NCBI GenBank assembly: GCA_963843145.1
Contig: CAWJJC010000002.1
Coordinates: 64,001-128,000 of the forward strand
Origin: an uncultured delta proteobacterium
Lineage (GTDB): Bacteria > Desulfobacterota > RBG-13-43-22
DNA: 64,000 nucleotides
Reading direction: 5' to 3'
Shown here: in pieces, positions 34,094-43,854 of the stretch
How positions within the stretch are numbered: the first letter of the stretch is position 1
Layout of the letters: each line of letters opens with the position of its first letter
The notes under the pieces: model-generated
Told to the model about the DNA's origin: nothing
The model's input: the letters and a program-made list of their open reading frames with translations, nothing else
Databases searched by the model: none
Position numbers and translations under genes: made by a program

Positions 34094-35068
34094 GTGGAAC
34101 CCGTACTCGATATCGAAAATCTGAAAACGTATTTTTTCACCGATGAAGGGGTGGCCCGGGCCGTGGACGGGGTCTCGCTGCGCGTGGGGAAGAATCGGAC
34201 CTTGGGAGTGGTCGGCGAATCCGGGTGCGGTAAATCCGTCACGGCCCTGTCCATTCTTCGGTTGATCCCTTCCCCTCCCGGCCGGATCGTCGGAGGCCGT
34301 CTGACGCTTTCCGGCCGGGAACTCCTGTCGCTGCCGGAAGTGGAAATGCGCCGTATCAGGGGACGCCTGGCTTCCATGATCTTTCAGGAGCCCATGACCA
34401 GCCTGAACCCGGTCTTAACCATCGGCCTGCAGATCGTGGAGGCCGTGCGTCTCCACACCAGGCGGGGAAAAGCGGAGGCCCGGGAGATCGCCGTGGAATA
34501 TCTGGCCAAGGTCGGGATCCCCGCCCCGCGACAGCGGATGGGGCAATATCCCCATCAACTGTCGGGCGGCATGAAGCAGCGGGTGATGATCGCCATGGCC
34601 CTCTGCCTCAACCCCCGGTTACTGATCGCCGACGAGCCGACCACGGCCCTGGACGTCACCATCCAGGCCGGGATCTTGAGACTGATCAAAGACCTGCAAG
34701 CCGAGAGCGGCATGGCCGTGCTGCTGATTACCCATGACTTGGGGGTCGTGGCCGAGATGGCCGACGAAGTGGCCGTGATGTACGCCGGAAAAGTGGTGGA
34801 GTCCGGCCCCTGCCAGGCCATTTTTTCATCCTTTCGGCATCCTTATACGGAGGGGCTTTTCAAAAGTCTCCCCGGTCGGGCCGAGCGGGGCCAACGTCTC
34901 CAGACCATCGCCGGGACCGTGCCTTCGGCCACTAGATTTCCGTCCGGCTGCCGATTCCACACCCGTTGTCCCCTGGTCATCGAGCGCTGTCGGAGCGAAG
35001 AACCGCCGCTGAGTGAATTCGATCCGGGGCGGAAGTGTGCCTGTTGGGTCCGTTGCGGGGAGGGCTGA
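34094..35068 (+). CDS. Peptide ABC transporter ATP-binding protein (OppD-like)
   Basis: [24 protein letters not shown] and C-terminal GCRFHTRC. Confidence 0.94.
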   Translation: MEPVLDIENLKTYFFTDEGVARAVDGVSLRVGKNRTLGVVGESGCGKSVTALSILRLIPSPPGRIVGGRLTLSGRELLSLPEVEMRRIRGRLASMIFQEPMTSLNPVLTIGLQIVEAVRLHTRRGKAEAREIAVEYLAKVGIPAPRQRMGQYPHQLSGGMKQRVMIAMALCLNPRLLIADEPTTALDVTIQAGILRLIKDLQAESGMAVLLITHDLGVVAEMADEVAVMYAGKVVESGPCQAIFSSFRHPYTEGLFKSLPGRAERGQRLQTIAGTVPSATRFPSGCRFHTRCPLVIERCRSEEPPLSEFDPGRKCACWVRCGEG

Positions 35069-35070
35069 AG

Positions 35071-36012
35071 GTGCTGGAAATTCGAGATTTAAAAATGCAT
35101 TTTCCGGTGAAGCAGGGGTTCCTGCGGCGCCCCGCGGGCCGGGTCAAGGCCGTGGACGGGGTTTCCTTCTCCATCGGCCGGGGAGAGACCCTGGGCCTGG
35201 TGGGAGAATCCGGCTGCGGCAAGACCACCGTGGGCAAATGCGTGGTCCGGCTCCTGCGCCCCAGCGGCGGGAGCATCCTCTTTGAGGGCCGGGATATTGC
35301 CGCGCTGGACCGGAAGGCGCTCAAGGAATATCGAAGGAGAATGCAGATCGTTTTCCAGGACCCCTTCGGTTCCCTTAATCCCCGGATGACGGTTTCCGAC
35401 ATCGTCGGAGAGGGACCGGCTATACTGGGAGATCCTTCGAGGGAGAAGCGGGTCCTGGAACTGCTTGAGATTGTCGGCCTCTCCCCGGAAGACGGGTCGC
35501 GTTATCCCCACGAATTTTCCGGGGGGCAGCGGCAGCGGATCGGCATCGCCCGGGCCCTGGCCGTAGGACCCTCCTTTCTCGTTTGTGATGAGCCCGTCTC
35601 GGCGCTGGACGTGTCCATCCAAGCCCAGATCCTGAACCTGCTGGAAGAGCTTCAGGAGAAATTCTCCCTCTCTTATCTGATCGTAGCCCACGACCTGTCG
35701 GTCGTGCGACACATAGCCGACAAAGTGGTGGTCATGTATGTAGGCCAGATCATGGAAGAGGCGCCCACGGAGGAGCTTTTCGCGCGACCCCTCCATCCCT
35801 ACAGCCGGGTCCTTTTCTCTTCCATCCCTTCATTGGATCCTTCCCGGCGGGGCGGTCTGAAACCAATACCCGGTGAGCCCCCCTCGCCCGTGGATCCCCC
35901 ACCGGGCTGCCGGTTCGCCTCCCGTTGCCCGCAGCGCATGGACATATGCCGGGAGGGGGAGATTGCGCTGATCGAGGTTTCCCCCCACCACCGGGTCCGC
36001 TGTCTGCTTTAA
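35071..36012 (+). CDS. Peptide ABC transporter ATP-binding protein (OppF-like)
   Basis: GESGCGKT, FSGGQRQR and DEPVSALD motifs; start approximate. Confidence 0.94.
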   Translation: MLEIRDLKMHFPVKQGFLRRPAGRVKAVDGVSFSIGRGETLGLVGESGCGKTTVGKCVVRLLRPSGGSILFEGRDIAALDRKALKEYRRRMQIVFQDPFGSLNPRMTVSDIVGEGPAILGDPSREKRVLELLEIVGLSPEDGSRYPHEFSGGQRQRIGIARALAVGPSFLVCDEPVSALDVSIQAQILNLLEELQEKFSLSYLIVAHDLSVVRHIADKVVVMYVGQIMEEAPTEELFARPLHPYSRVLFSSIPSLDPSRRGGLKPIPGEPPSPVDPPPGCRFASRCPQRMDICREGEIALIEVSPHHRVRCLL

Positions 36013-36422
36013 TGTGAGATCAAATAGGCAATAAACTCCGCTTCCAACTGGTCAACCGTCCGGCTGAAAACCTGCTGAAAAGCATCAGCAAAAGGGATCC
36101 CCGAACCCACTTTGGTCAGCACCGCTTTTGCCTGGCTCACACCCTTCTGAGTAATCAGGTAATCCAGGACGACAGCCGCTTCGAGGTAAATCCAGTCTTT
36201 ATTCGGAGTGGCCGTCTGGGCCGTCCATTGGGACTCGGTGGTCAGGGCCTGGAGAGAGATCCATTGCCCTGTCTGAACACCGGTCTTAACCTGGTTCCAA
36301 ATCAGAGGTAGGTAGATGGTTGCGTGAGCGGAAGAAAACGAAACGGCTTCCATCATTAGAATAGATACAGGGAAAACAAGTAATATGCTCTTGGCTTTTT
36401 TTAATTGGTCTCCTTTGAGCAT
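36009..36422 (-). CDS. Small secreted protein: IYLPLIW tag plus a helical region like the peptidase MA C-terminus
   Basis: Hydrophobic leader ending AHA; Y......DYL....G......L......F..AF..VF....DQLE pattern; no HExxH. Confidence 0.55.
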   Translation of the reverse strand: MLKGDQLKKAKSILLVFPVSILMMEAVSFSSAHATIYLPLIWNQVKTGVQTGQWISLQALTTESQWTAQTATPNKDWIYLEAAVVLDYLITQKGVSQAKAVLTKVGSGIPFADAFQQVFSRTVDQLEAEFIAYLISH

Positions 36423-36798
36423 TTTCAGGCTTCGCGGCTGCCTTGAGGGGAATGGCGGTTTAATCGGAATATTCTTCGAGACGGGCCGAGTGTAGAATAG
36501 GGTGAAAGGGCGGTCAAGAAGAAAAAACGAAGAGAAAACAGTGAAGTATAAGGGTGTTAAGGGGTTTCGGGCGGGTCAGCCGGGTAGTAAAGAGGTCGGG
36601 TTTTGTCCACGGACCGGGTCTGGTTGACAATGATGTTAGCATCAGCTCCCAGATGGAAAACTGAACGTTCTCCTTGCCGGCGAAAAAAATTTGAATAAAT
36701 TAGAATAATAAGTTAAATTAATAAATTGGGCTGAAAGGGATAGGGCCGTCCATTTTACTATCCCGGTCGTTCTTAAAAGATCGGATTTATTTAGCGTT

Positions 36799-38145
36799 AT
36801 GTCTTTCACCGAAAAAATTTATACCGTTTCCGAGCTGACCCGGGAGATCAAGGAAATCCTGGAGGAGGAGTTCCCCTTCATCTGGGTGGAAGGGGAGATC
36901 TCCAATTTCCGGGTGCCGCCAAGCGGCCATTTTTATTTCACCCTCAAGGACGCGGCCAGCCAACTGCGGGCGGTTTTCTTTCGGTCCGGCCAGGGGAGCC
37001 TCAACTTCGTCCCGGAAGACGGGCTCCAGGTGTTGTGCCTGGGACGGGTCAGCGTCTACGCCGGGCGGGGTGAGTACCAGGTCATCCTGGAACGGATGGA
37101 GCTGAAGGGCTGGGGCGCTCTGCAGTTGGCTTTCGAGCGGCTCAAGGAAAAGCTGCAAAAGGAAGGACTTTTCGATCCGGAGCGGAAGAAGCCCCTACCG
37201 GTCCTGCCCCGGAAGGTGGCCGTGGTCACTTCACCGACGGGGGCGGCGGTCCGGGATTTCCTGAGGATCCTCTACCGGCGGTTTGAAAATATTCAAACCT
37301 TTATTTTTCCGGTTTTGGTTCAGGGGGAAAAGGCCTCGAATGAGATTGCCGAGGCGATAGCCAAAATAAACGATTCCGACCTGGGAATTGAAGTCATTAT
37401 CCTGGCCAGGGGAGGGGGGTCGATCGAAGATTTGTGGGCTTTTAATGAAGAGCGGGTGGCCCGGGCCATGGCCGCCTCGGTCATCCCGATCATCTCCGCC
37501 GTGGGGCATGAGGTGGATTTTACCATCGCCGATTTTGTAGCCGACCTGCGGGCCTCCACGCCCTCGGCGGCGGCGGAAATCCTGGTCCGGCCTCAGGGGG
37601 AGCTGGAAACGGAACTGGATGATTTTCAGGCCCGTCTGGAATGGCTGTTGGCCCAAAAAGTGAGTCGTCTGCAGGAAAAACTTTTTCATCTGCGGAAACG
37701 CCTGGCTGACCCCCGCCGCCGCTGGCTGGAGGTAGCTCAACGTTTGGATGATGGAGCGGTCCGGCTGCGGCTGGCCTTGATGGGCGGTCTTCAGCAAAAA
37801 GCCAACCGCTTGGGGTGGACCGGAGAGCGGTTGTTCGGCCTCAGCCCCAGGGAAACCATAAATGTACGCGGGGCCCAGTTGGCCACCATGCTGTTCAAGC
37901 TCCAGGGGCACTCCCGACAACTGGTCCACCGCTGGGAACTGGAAATGAAACGGGCCGAAAATACGCTCCGGGCCTTGAGCCCTTGGGCCGTCCTCTCCCG
38001 GGGCTACGCCCTGGCCCGAACCCTGCCGGAACTGCGGGTTATTCGGGAAGTGGATCACCTCCGGCCGGGACAGGCCATCCGGGTCCAGGTGGCCCGGGGG
38101 GCAGTGGATTGCCGGGTCGAGGAAGTACTAACCAAAAATGAATGA
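36799..38145 (+). CDS. xseA: Exodeoxyribonuclease VII large subunit
   Basis: GEISN, SGHFYFTLKD, RGGGSIEDLW and GHEVD motifs. Confidence 0.96.
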   Translation: MSFTEKIYTVSELTREIKEILEEEFPFIWVEGEISNFRVPPSGHFYFTLKDAASQLRAVFFRSGQGSLNFVPEDGLQVLCLGRVSVYAGRGEYQVILERMELKGWGALQLAFERLKEKLQKEGLFDPERKKPLPVLPRKVAVVTSPTGAAVRDFLRILYRRFENIQTFIFPVLVQGEKASNEIAEAIAKINDSDLGIEVIILARGGGSIEDLWAFNEERVARAMAASVIPIISAVGHEVDFTIADFVADLRASTPSAAAEILVRPQGELETELDDFQARLEWLLAQKVSRLQEKLFHLRKRLADPRRRWLEVAQRLDDGAVRLRLALMGGLQQKANRLGWTGERLFGLSPRETINVRGAQLATMLFKLQGHSRQLVHRWELEMKRAENTLRALSPWAVLSRGYALARTLPELRVIREVDHLRPGQAIRVQVARGAVDCRVEEVLTKNE

Positions 38146-38200
38146 AAGTTTGTCTCTAATAGAAACCACTGCATCAGATGAAGAAGTAGCCTTTTAATTT

Positions 38201-38260
38201 TTAGATTCTTACATCCATTGTTAGAGACAAATTCTCAGAACAATGGATGTAAGAATCTAA
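38201..38260. repeat. Perfect 22-bp inverted repeat between xseA and xseB; partial copy at 17612-17657
   Basis: TTAGATTCTTACATCCATTGTT-16 nt-AACAATGGATGTAAGAATCTAA. Confidence 0.8.
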
Positions 38261-38277
38261 CAGGGAGGAACAATCCG

Positions 38278-38541
38278 TTGGCTAAGGAAACCTTTGAGGA
38301 TTCTTTTAAAAAGTTAGAGAAAATTATTGCTAAGATGGAGGGCGGGGACCTTCCCTTGGAGGAGACCCTTAAGCTATATGAAGAGGGGATGCGTCTCTAC
38401 ACTCATTGTTCCCAGAAATTGACTGAGGTTCAAAAAAAAGTGGAACTGCTCAGCCAGACCTCGGAAGGCAAGCTGGCGGGAAAGCCTTTTCCGATGGAGG
38501 AGGGAGAGGAGGATCGAGACGGGGGGATAACGGGTAGCTAA
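38278..38541 (+). CDS. xseB: Exodeoxyribonuclease VII small subunit
   Basis: TFEDSFKKLEKI...LPLEE...YEEG; GGGAGG RBS before TTG 38278. Confidence 0.93.
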   Translation: MAKETFEDSFKKLEKIIAKMEGGDLPLEETLKLYEEGMRLYTHCSQKLTEVQKKVELLSQTSEGKLAGKPFPMEEGEEDRDGGITGS

Positions 38542-38591
38542 AACGAGGGGAAAACAGATTTCGAATTCATGGATTAAACCCCCAGGCACTT

Positions 38592-39515
38592 ATGGATATT
38601 AACGTAAAAACCTTGCAATTAAGCTCGGGAGTGAGTCGATTGTTGGACGACTACCGGGAGCGGATAAACCTGGCCCTCCGGAGAAATCTGACGGACCCGA
38701 ATCGCTTCACCCATCGGGTTTTTAAGGCCATGGAATACAGCTTGTTCGCCGGCGGAAAGCGGCTGCGGCCCATCCTCTGCCTGCTGGCCTGCCGGCTGGT
38801 GAAGGGCCGGGCGGTCCAGGCCCTGCCGTTCGCCTGTGCCCTGGAATATATCCACACCTATTCCCTGATCCATGATGATCTCCCGGCCCTGGATAACGAC
38901 GATTTCCGTCGCGGGCGGCCCAGTTGCCATAGAAAGTTCGGAGAGGCCACGGCCATCCTGGCCGGAGATGCTTTACTGACCGAGGCCTTTTCCCTGCTGA
39001 GCAGCCTCCGGTATTTGAAGGCTGTCTCCCCGGAAATCCGGCTGCAGTTGATCCGGGAAATTGCCCTGGCCTCCGGCCTGTCCGGTATGATCGGCGGACA
39101 GGAAGCCGATCTGGCCGGGGAGAAAAAAAAGGTTTCTCTGGCCTACCTGCAGGACCTGCAGCAAAAGAAAACCGGGGCCCTGATAACGGCCTCTCTGGTT
39201 GGCGGCGGGCTGATCGGCGGGGCAGACTCGGAGACGCTGAGGACGTTGCGCCAATTTGGCCTAAGAATCGGCCTGGCTTTTCAAATCCGGGACGACCTTT
39301 TAAACGTGGAAGGCCTATTCCAGGTTACCGGTAAAGTCTCGGGAACCGACGCCCAGCGTAACAAAGCGACCTATCCGGCGAAGGTCGGGGTAGGGGTCTC
39401 CAGGGAAACGGCCCGAGGCCTGGTGGAGCAGGCGGTGGAAATCCTCCGGCCTTTTGGTCGAAAGGCTCGACCTCTGGCGGAAATAGGCTATTACATAATC
39501 TCCAGAAACCGATAG
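38592..39515 (+). CDS. ispA: Farnesyl/geranylgeranyl diphosphate synthase
   Basis: GGKRLRP, LIHDDLP..DNDDFRRG, KTG and FQIRDD motifs. Confidence 0.92.
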   Translation: MDINVKTLQLSSGVSRLLDDYRERINLALRRNLTDPNRFTHRVFKAMEYSLFAGGKRLRPILCLLACRLVKGRAVQALPFACALEYIHTYSLIHDDLPALDNDDFRRGRPSCHRKFGEATAILAGDALLTEAFSLLSSLRYLKAVSPEIRLQLIREIALASGLSGMIGGQEADLAGEKKKVSLAYLQDLQQKKTGALITASLVGGGLIGGADSETLRTLRQFGLRIGLAFQIRDDLLNVEGLFQVTGKVSGTDAQRNKATYPAKVGVGVSRETARGLVEQAVEILRPFGRKARPLAEIGYYIISRNR

Positions 39516-39520
39516 AACCG

Positions 39521-41449
39521 ATGGAAACGAAGAATAGCGCAAACCAATCGATACTACCCTCCGGGGTATTAGCCACCCTCGCCGGTCCGGAGGAACTGAA
39601 ACGGTTTTCTTTGACCCAATTAAAGGAACTGGCCGAAGAAATCAGGACGGTAATTATTCAAACCGTGGCCCGCAACGGCGGGCATCTGGCGCCCAATTTG
39701 GGGGTGGTGGAATTGACCCTGGCCCTTCATTATGTCTTCAACAGTCCGCGGGATAAGATCATCTGGGACGTTGGGCATCAATGTTATACCCATAAACTGT
39801 TGACCGGTCGGGCCGGCGTTTTTTCGACTTTGAGGACCTGCGGGGGTCTGAGCGGCTTCCCCAAAAGGGAGGAAAGTCCCCATGATGCCTTTAATACCGG
39901 TCACAGCGGGACTTCCATTTCCGCGGCCCTGGGGATTGCCACCGCCAAGGACTTGAAGCGCGAGGCCGCCAAAGTGGTGGCTGTTATCGGGGACGGTTCC
40001 CTGACCGCCGGAGAAGCCTTTGAAGGGTTGAATCAGGCCGGGCACTTGAATAAGGACCTGATCGTAGTCCTCAATGATAATGAGATGTCCATTTCCAATA
40101 ATGTGGGCGCCCTTTCTTCCTTCCTGAGTAAACGCTTGACCGGCAAAGGTTTTGTTCAGTTCAAACGGGAAATGGAATCGTTTTTTAAGTCCCTGCCGGG
40201 GATTGGAGAATCGATCCTCCAGTGGGCCAAAAAAAGTGAGGATTCCCTCACCGGGTTTTTTACGCCGGGGATGCTTTTTTCGGCCCTCCATTTCGATTAC
40301 GTGGGGCCGGTCAGAGGGCACCGACTGGAAGCCCTCATCGAGACCTTCGAAAATATCCGCCATTTGGAAGCCCCGGTTTTGGTCCATGTTCTGACCACTA
40401 AAGGGAAGGGCTATCCTCCGGCGGAAAAGGACCCCACCCGGTTCCACGGGGTCGGCCCTTTTGAGATTGAGAGCGGGGAGCCTCTCGGGCTGAAAAACGG
40501 CGCTCCGGTCACCTATACCCGGGTTTTCGGGGATACGGTAACGGCCCTGGCTGAGAAGGACTTCCGGGTGGTAGCCGTTACCGCCGCTATGACCGAAGGT
40601 ACGGGGTTGGATGAATTTGCCCGGCGCTTTCCCCGGCGATTTTTTGACGTAGGGATCGCCGAGCAGCATGCCGTCACCTTTGCCGCCGGGTTGGCCTCCG
40701 AAGGGTTGAGACCCATCGTGGCCATTTACTCGACCTTTATGCAGCGGGCCTACGACCAGATCCTGCATGATGTCTGCCTGCCCGACTTGCCGGTTATATT
40801 GGCCCTGGACCGGAGTGGGATTGTGGGAGAGGATGGTCCCACCCACCAGGGACTGTTTGACCTTTCCTACCTTCGCCCGCTCCCCAACCTGACGGTGATG
40901 GCCCCCAAGGATGAAAGGGAGCTGCGGAACCTGTTGGCCTCGGCCCTGACCTATGATACTCCGGCGGCTATCCGCTACCCGCGGGGGGAAGGTCTGGGGG
41001 TCCCACTGGAAGGAGACCCGGACATCATTCCCCGGGGGCAGTGGGAATGGCTGGAAGCCGGGGAGCAGACTGCGATCCTGGCTGTGGGAAATATGGTCAC
41101 CCCGGCCCTGCAGGCGTCTCGCCTGTTGAAGGACGAGGGGATTTCCGCGGCCGTGATCAATGCGCGTTTCATCAAACCCCTGGATGAGGCCCTGCTTCAG
41201 GAACTGGCCGCACGGTTCCCGCTGCTGTTTACGGTGGAGGAAAATGTCCTGCTCGGGGGATTTGGAAGTGCTGTGCTGGAGGCCCTGCAGCGTTTGGGAA
41301 GAACAGGGAACCGGATCCGGTCCCTGGGGGTCCCCGATCGCTTTATCACGCACGGCAGTCCCCGGGAACTACGACGACTCTGCGGTCTGGACACCGAGGG
41401 GATCATTCAAGCCATCCGGGAGGAATGGAGTGGCCCCTCCCGCGGCTAA
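39521..41449 (+). CDS. dxs: 1-deoxy-D-xylulose-5-phosphate synthase
   Basis: WDVGHQ, GDG...LNDN, IAEQHA and DGPTHQG motifs. Confidence 0.97.
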   Translation: METKNSANQSILPSGVLATLAGPEELKRFSLTQLKELAEEIRTVIIQTVARNGGHLAPNLGVVELTLALHYVFNSPRDKIIWDVGHQCYTHKLLTGRAGVFSTLRTCGGLSGFPKREESPHDAFNTGHSGTSISAALGIATAKDLKREAAKVVAVIGDGSLTAGEAFEGLNQAGHLNKDLIVVLNDNEMSISNNVGALSSFLSKRLTGKGFVQFKREMESFFKSLPGIGESILQWAKKSEDSLTGFFTPGMLFSALHFDYVGPVRGHRLEALIETFENIRHLEAPVLVHVLTTKGKGYPPAEKDPTRFHGVGPFEIESGEPLGLKNGAPVTYTRVFGDTVTALAEKDFRVVAVTAAMTEGTGLDEFARRFPRRFFDVGIAEQHAVTFAAGLASEGLRPIVAIYSTFMQRAYDQILHDVCLPDLPVILALDRSGIVGEDGPTHQGLFDLSYLRPLPNLTVMAPKDERELRNLLASALTYDTPAAIRYPRGEGLGVPLEGDPDIIPRGQWEWLEAGEQTAILAVGNMVTPALQASRLLKDEGISAAVINARFIKPLDEALLQELAARFPLLFTVEENVLLGGFGSAVLEALQRLGRTGNRIRSLGVPDRFITHGSPRELRRLCGLDTEGIIQAIREEWSGPSRG

Positions 41450-42180
41450 ACGACGATTGGACCACCTGCTGTTGGAAAGGGGGCTGGCCACTTCCCTGGA
41501 AAAAGCCAAGGCCTTGATTTATGCCGGGGCGGTCTGGATAGACCGGACCCCGTCGGTCAAGCCCGGCCGAGCGGTATCCCTGGACGTCACTCTGGTGGTC
41601 AAGGAGCCCGAACACCCCTATGTGAGCCGCGGCGGGGTCAAATTAGCCGGGGCCCTGGATCACTTTAACCTGCCTGTAGGAGGAAAAATCGCCCTGGACA
41701 TAGGGGCCTCCACCGGAGGGTTCACCCATTGTTTACTCCTGCGGGGGGCCGTCCGGGTCCATGCCGTGGATGTCGGGTACGGTCAGTTGGCCTGGACGCT
41801 GAGACAGGACCCTCGGGTCCGGGTTCTGGAACGCCGCAATGCCAGGTACCTGAGCCTGGAGGATATCGGAGAAAGGGTGGATTTAATAGTGATCGACGCC
41901 TCATTTATTTCCCTGAAAATCATTATCCCCCCCCTGTTAGCCATCGTCAAGCCGGGAGGAGATATGCTCCCTCTGGTCAAACCCCAATTCGAAGTCGGCA
42001 AGGGCAAGGTGGGGAAGGGGGGAGTGGTTCGTAATCCGGAAGATCGGAAAGAGGTCCTCCAAGTCCTTGAAGGACCACTTTGAAGAATTAGGTCTCCGGG
42101 TGGCAGGACCACTGGAGTCCCCCATCTTAGGGGCTAAAGGAAACCAGGAGTATTTTTTTCATTTGAAGAAAGAGAATTGA
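41430..42180 (+). CDS. tlyA: TlyA family RNA methyltransferase, frameshifted near 42060
   Basis: RLD, YVSRGG.KL, DIGASTGGFT and KPQFE; conserved ESPI.GAKGNQEY lies in another frame ending TGA 42180. Confidence 0.9.
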
Positions 42181-42183
42181 ACC

Positions 42184-43374
42184 GTGGTGAAATTGGCCGA
42201 TAGGGTTTCCTGTATTAAACCCTCATTAACTACAGCCGTGGATACCAAGGCCAAGGCCATGGAAAAAGCTGGTCGGGATGTGGTCAACTTCGGGGTCGGC
42301 GAACCTGATTTTGACACTCCTGAACGCATTAAGGAAGCCGCGATTCAGGCTATTAATGAGGGGTTTACCAAATATACGCCGGTGGGAGGCATCGACGAAC
42401 TCAAAGAGGCGATTCGAACCCGGTTTCAGGAAGACCTGGGTTTATCTTATCAGTTGAATGAAGTAGTCATATCCTGCGGCGGGAAGCACTCGCTGTATAA
42501 TATTGCCCAGGTCCTTTGGGGCCCTGGGGACGAGGTTATTGTCCCGGCCCCCTACTGGGTCTCTTATCCCCCCATGATTCTTTTAGCGGGGGCCACTCCG
42601 GTGATCCTGCCCACTAAGGAAGAAAACGGTTTTAAGGCCACCCCGGAAGAATTGGCCTCGGTGGTCACCAGAAAGACCCGGGCCGTCATCATTAATAGCC
42701 CCTCCAACCCCACGGGTTCCGTCTATAATCGGGGAGAATTGGAAGCCTTGGGCCGCATCATTCTGGAAAAAGACCTCACCGTGGTCAGCGACGACCTTTA
42801 TGACAAGATTATATTTAACGGCCGTTCTTTCGTAAATTTGGCCATGCTGGGGGAGGATTATAGAACCCGAACCCTCATCGTCAATGGGGTATCCAAGGCC
42901 TACGCCATGACCGGCTGGCGAATCGGATATGTCGCCGGTCCAAGGGAAGTCATTGCCGCCATTAACAAAATCCAAAGCCACAGTACTTCCAATCCGACCT
43001 CTATCGCTCAGAAAGCGGCACTGGCGGCGCTGGGGGGACCCCAGGATTTCGTTCAACATCTGCGGCAGGAATTCGACCGTCGCCGGACCTACATCGCGGA
43101 GCGATTAGCCGCTCTGCCGGAGGTCCGAACCTCCCTGCCGGACGGCGCTTTTTATATTTTCCCTAATTTTTCCGCCTATTATCACAAAAAAATAAGTGGG
43201 AAAACTATTAAAGATTCCCTTGAGTTGGCCGATTATCTATTAGAGAAGGCCCAGATCGCCGTAGTCCCCGGGGTGGCATTTGGAGAGGACCAATGCCTCC
43301 GTTTTTCATACGCCACTTCCCTGGCTTTGATTGAAAAGGGAATGGATCGGCTGGAAAAGGTCCTAAAGGGATGA
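42184..43374 (+). CDS. aspC: Aspartate aminotransferase (class I/II PLP-dependent)
   Basis: GEPDFDTP, NSPSNPTG and SKAYAMTGWRIG motifs. Confidence 0.85.
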   Translation: MVKLADRVSCIKPSLTTAVDTKAKAMEKAGRDVVNFGVGEPDFDTPERIKEAAIQAINEGFTKYTPVGGIDELKEAIRTRFQEDLGLSYQLNEVVISCGGKHSLYNIAQVLWGPGDEVIVPAPYWVSYPPMILLAGATPVILPTKEENGFKATPEELASVVTRKTRAVIINSPSNPTGSVYNRGELEALGRIILEKDLTVVSDDLYDKIIFNGRSFVNLAMLGEDYRTRTLIVNGVSKAYAMTGWRIGYVAGPREVIAAINKIQSHSTSNPTSIAQKAALAALGGPQDFVQHLRQEFDRRRTYIAERLAALPEVRTSLPDGAFYIFPNFSAYYHKKISGKTIKDSLELADYLLEKAQIAVVPGVAFGEDQCLRFSYATSLALIEKGMDRLEKVLKG

Positions 43375-43429
43375 CCTCTAAGAAAAATATTATTAATTTT
43401 GGACAGAGGAAGATTCCAACTTCCGACGG

Positions 43430-43460
43430 CGGAGCCTTCTTGGGACCCAAGAAGGCTCCG
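43430..43460. terminator. Hairpin between convergent genes
   Basis: CGGAGCCTTCTTGGG-A-CCCAAGAAGGCTCCG. Confidence 0.6.
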
Positions 43461-43486
43461 GACCTCAGGGAAAAGGGTAAGGAATC

Positions 43487-43777
43487 CTAACGAGTGCTGC
43501 GTTTGGAGGCCTTCAAGGGATTAATTTTTTGAGCAGGTTTAGTCGGGGCCTTAGGCTTTATGTGGGTGGCCAGATTGCAGTTGCCGAATTTCCACTTCTG
43601 AGCCGGATCGGGGCAGGAGATGCAAAATTTGCCGCTGGGAAAGTCTTTCGCCCGATCACAGCCGTCGCATTGTTCACTAACCGTCAGGCAGCCGCCACCG
43701 GTAAAGGAGCAACCTTTGGTATTCATGAAAGTGCAGGCCGTCCCGGCCTTTAAGGTTGTACAGTCCATGGGTTTCAC
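43487..43777 (-). CDS. PxxKW family cysteine-rich protein
   Basis: Multiple Cys; PAQKW..GNCNLATH and KINPLKASKR motifs. Confidence 0.88.
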   Translation of the reverse strand: MKPMDCTTLKAGTACTFMNTKGCSFTGGGCLTVSEQCDGCDRAKDFPSGKFCISCPDPAQKWKFGNCNLATHIKPKAPTKPAQKINPLKASKRSTR

Positions 43778-43854
43778 CCCCCTTCTTACTAAAATTTATC
43801 AATCTATAATATTTTTCTTATAAATGTCAATATTTTTTTTAATTATTAATAGCC

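Noticed and set aside
39620-41353. 577-aa minus-strand ORF and other long antisense ORFs (e.g. 8620-9489, 31779-32795, 58521-59678)
   Set aside because: These are shadows of well-supported genes on the opposite strand in GC-rich DNA and contain no recognisable motifs.
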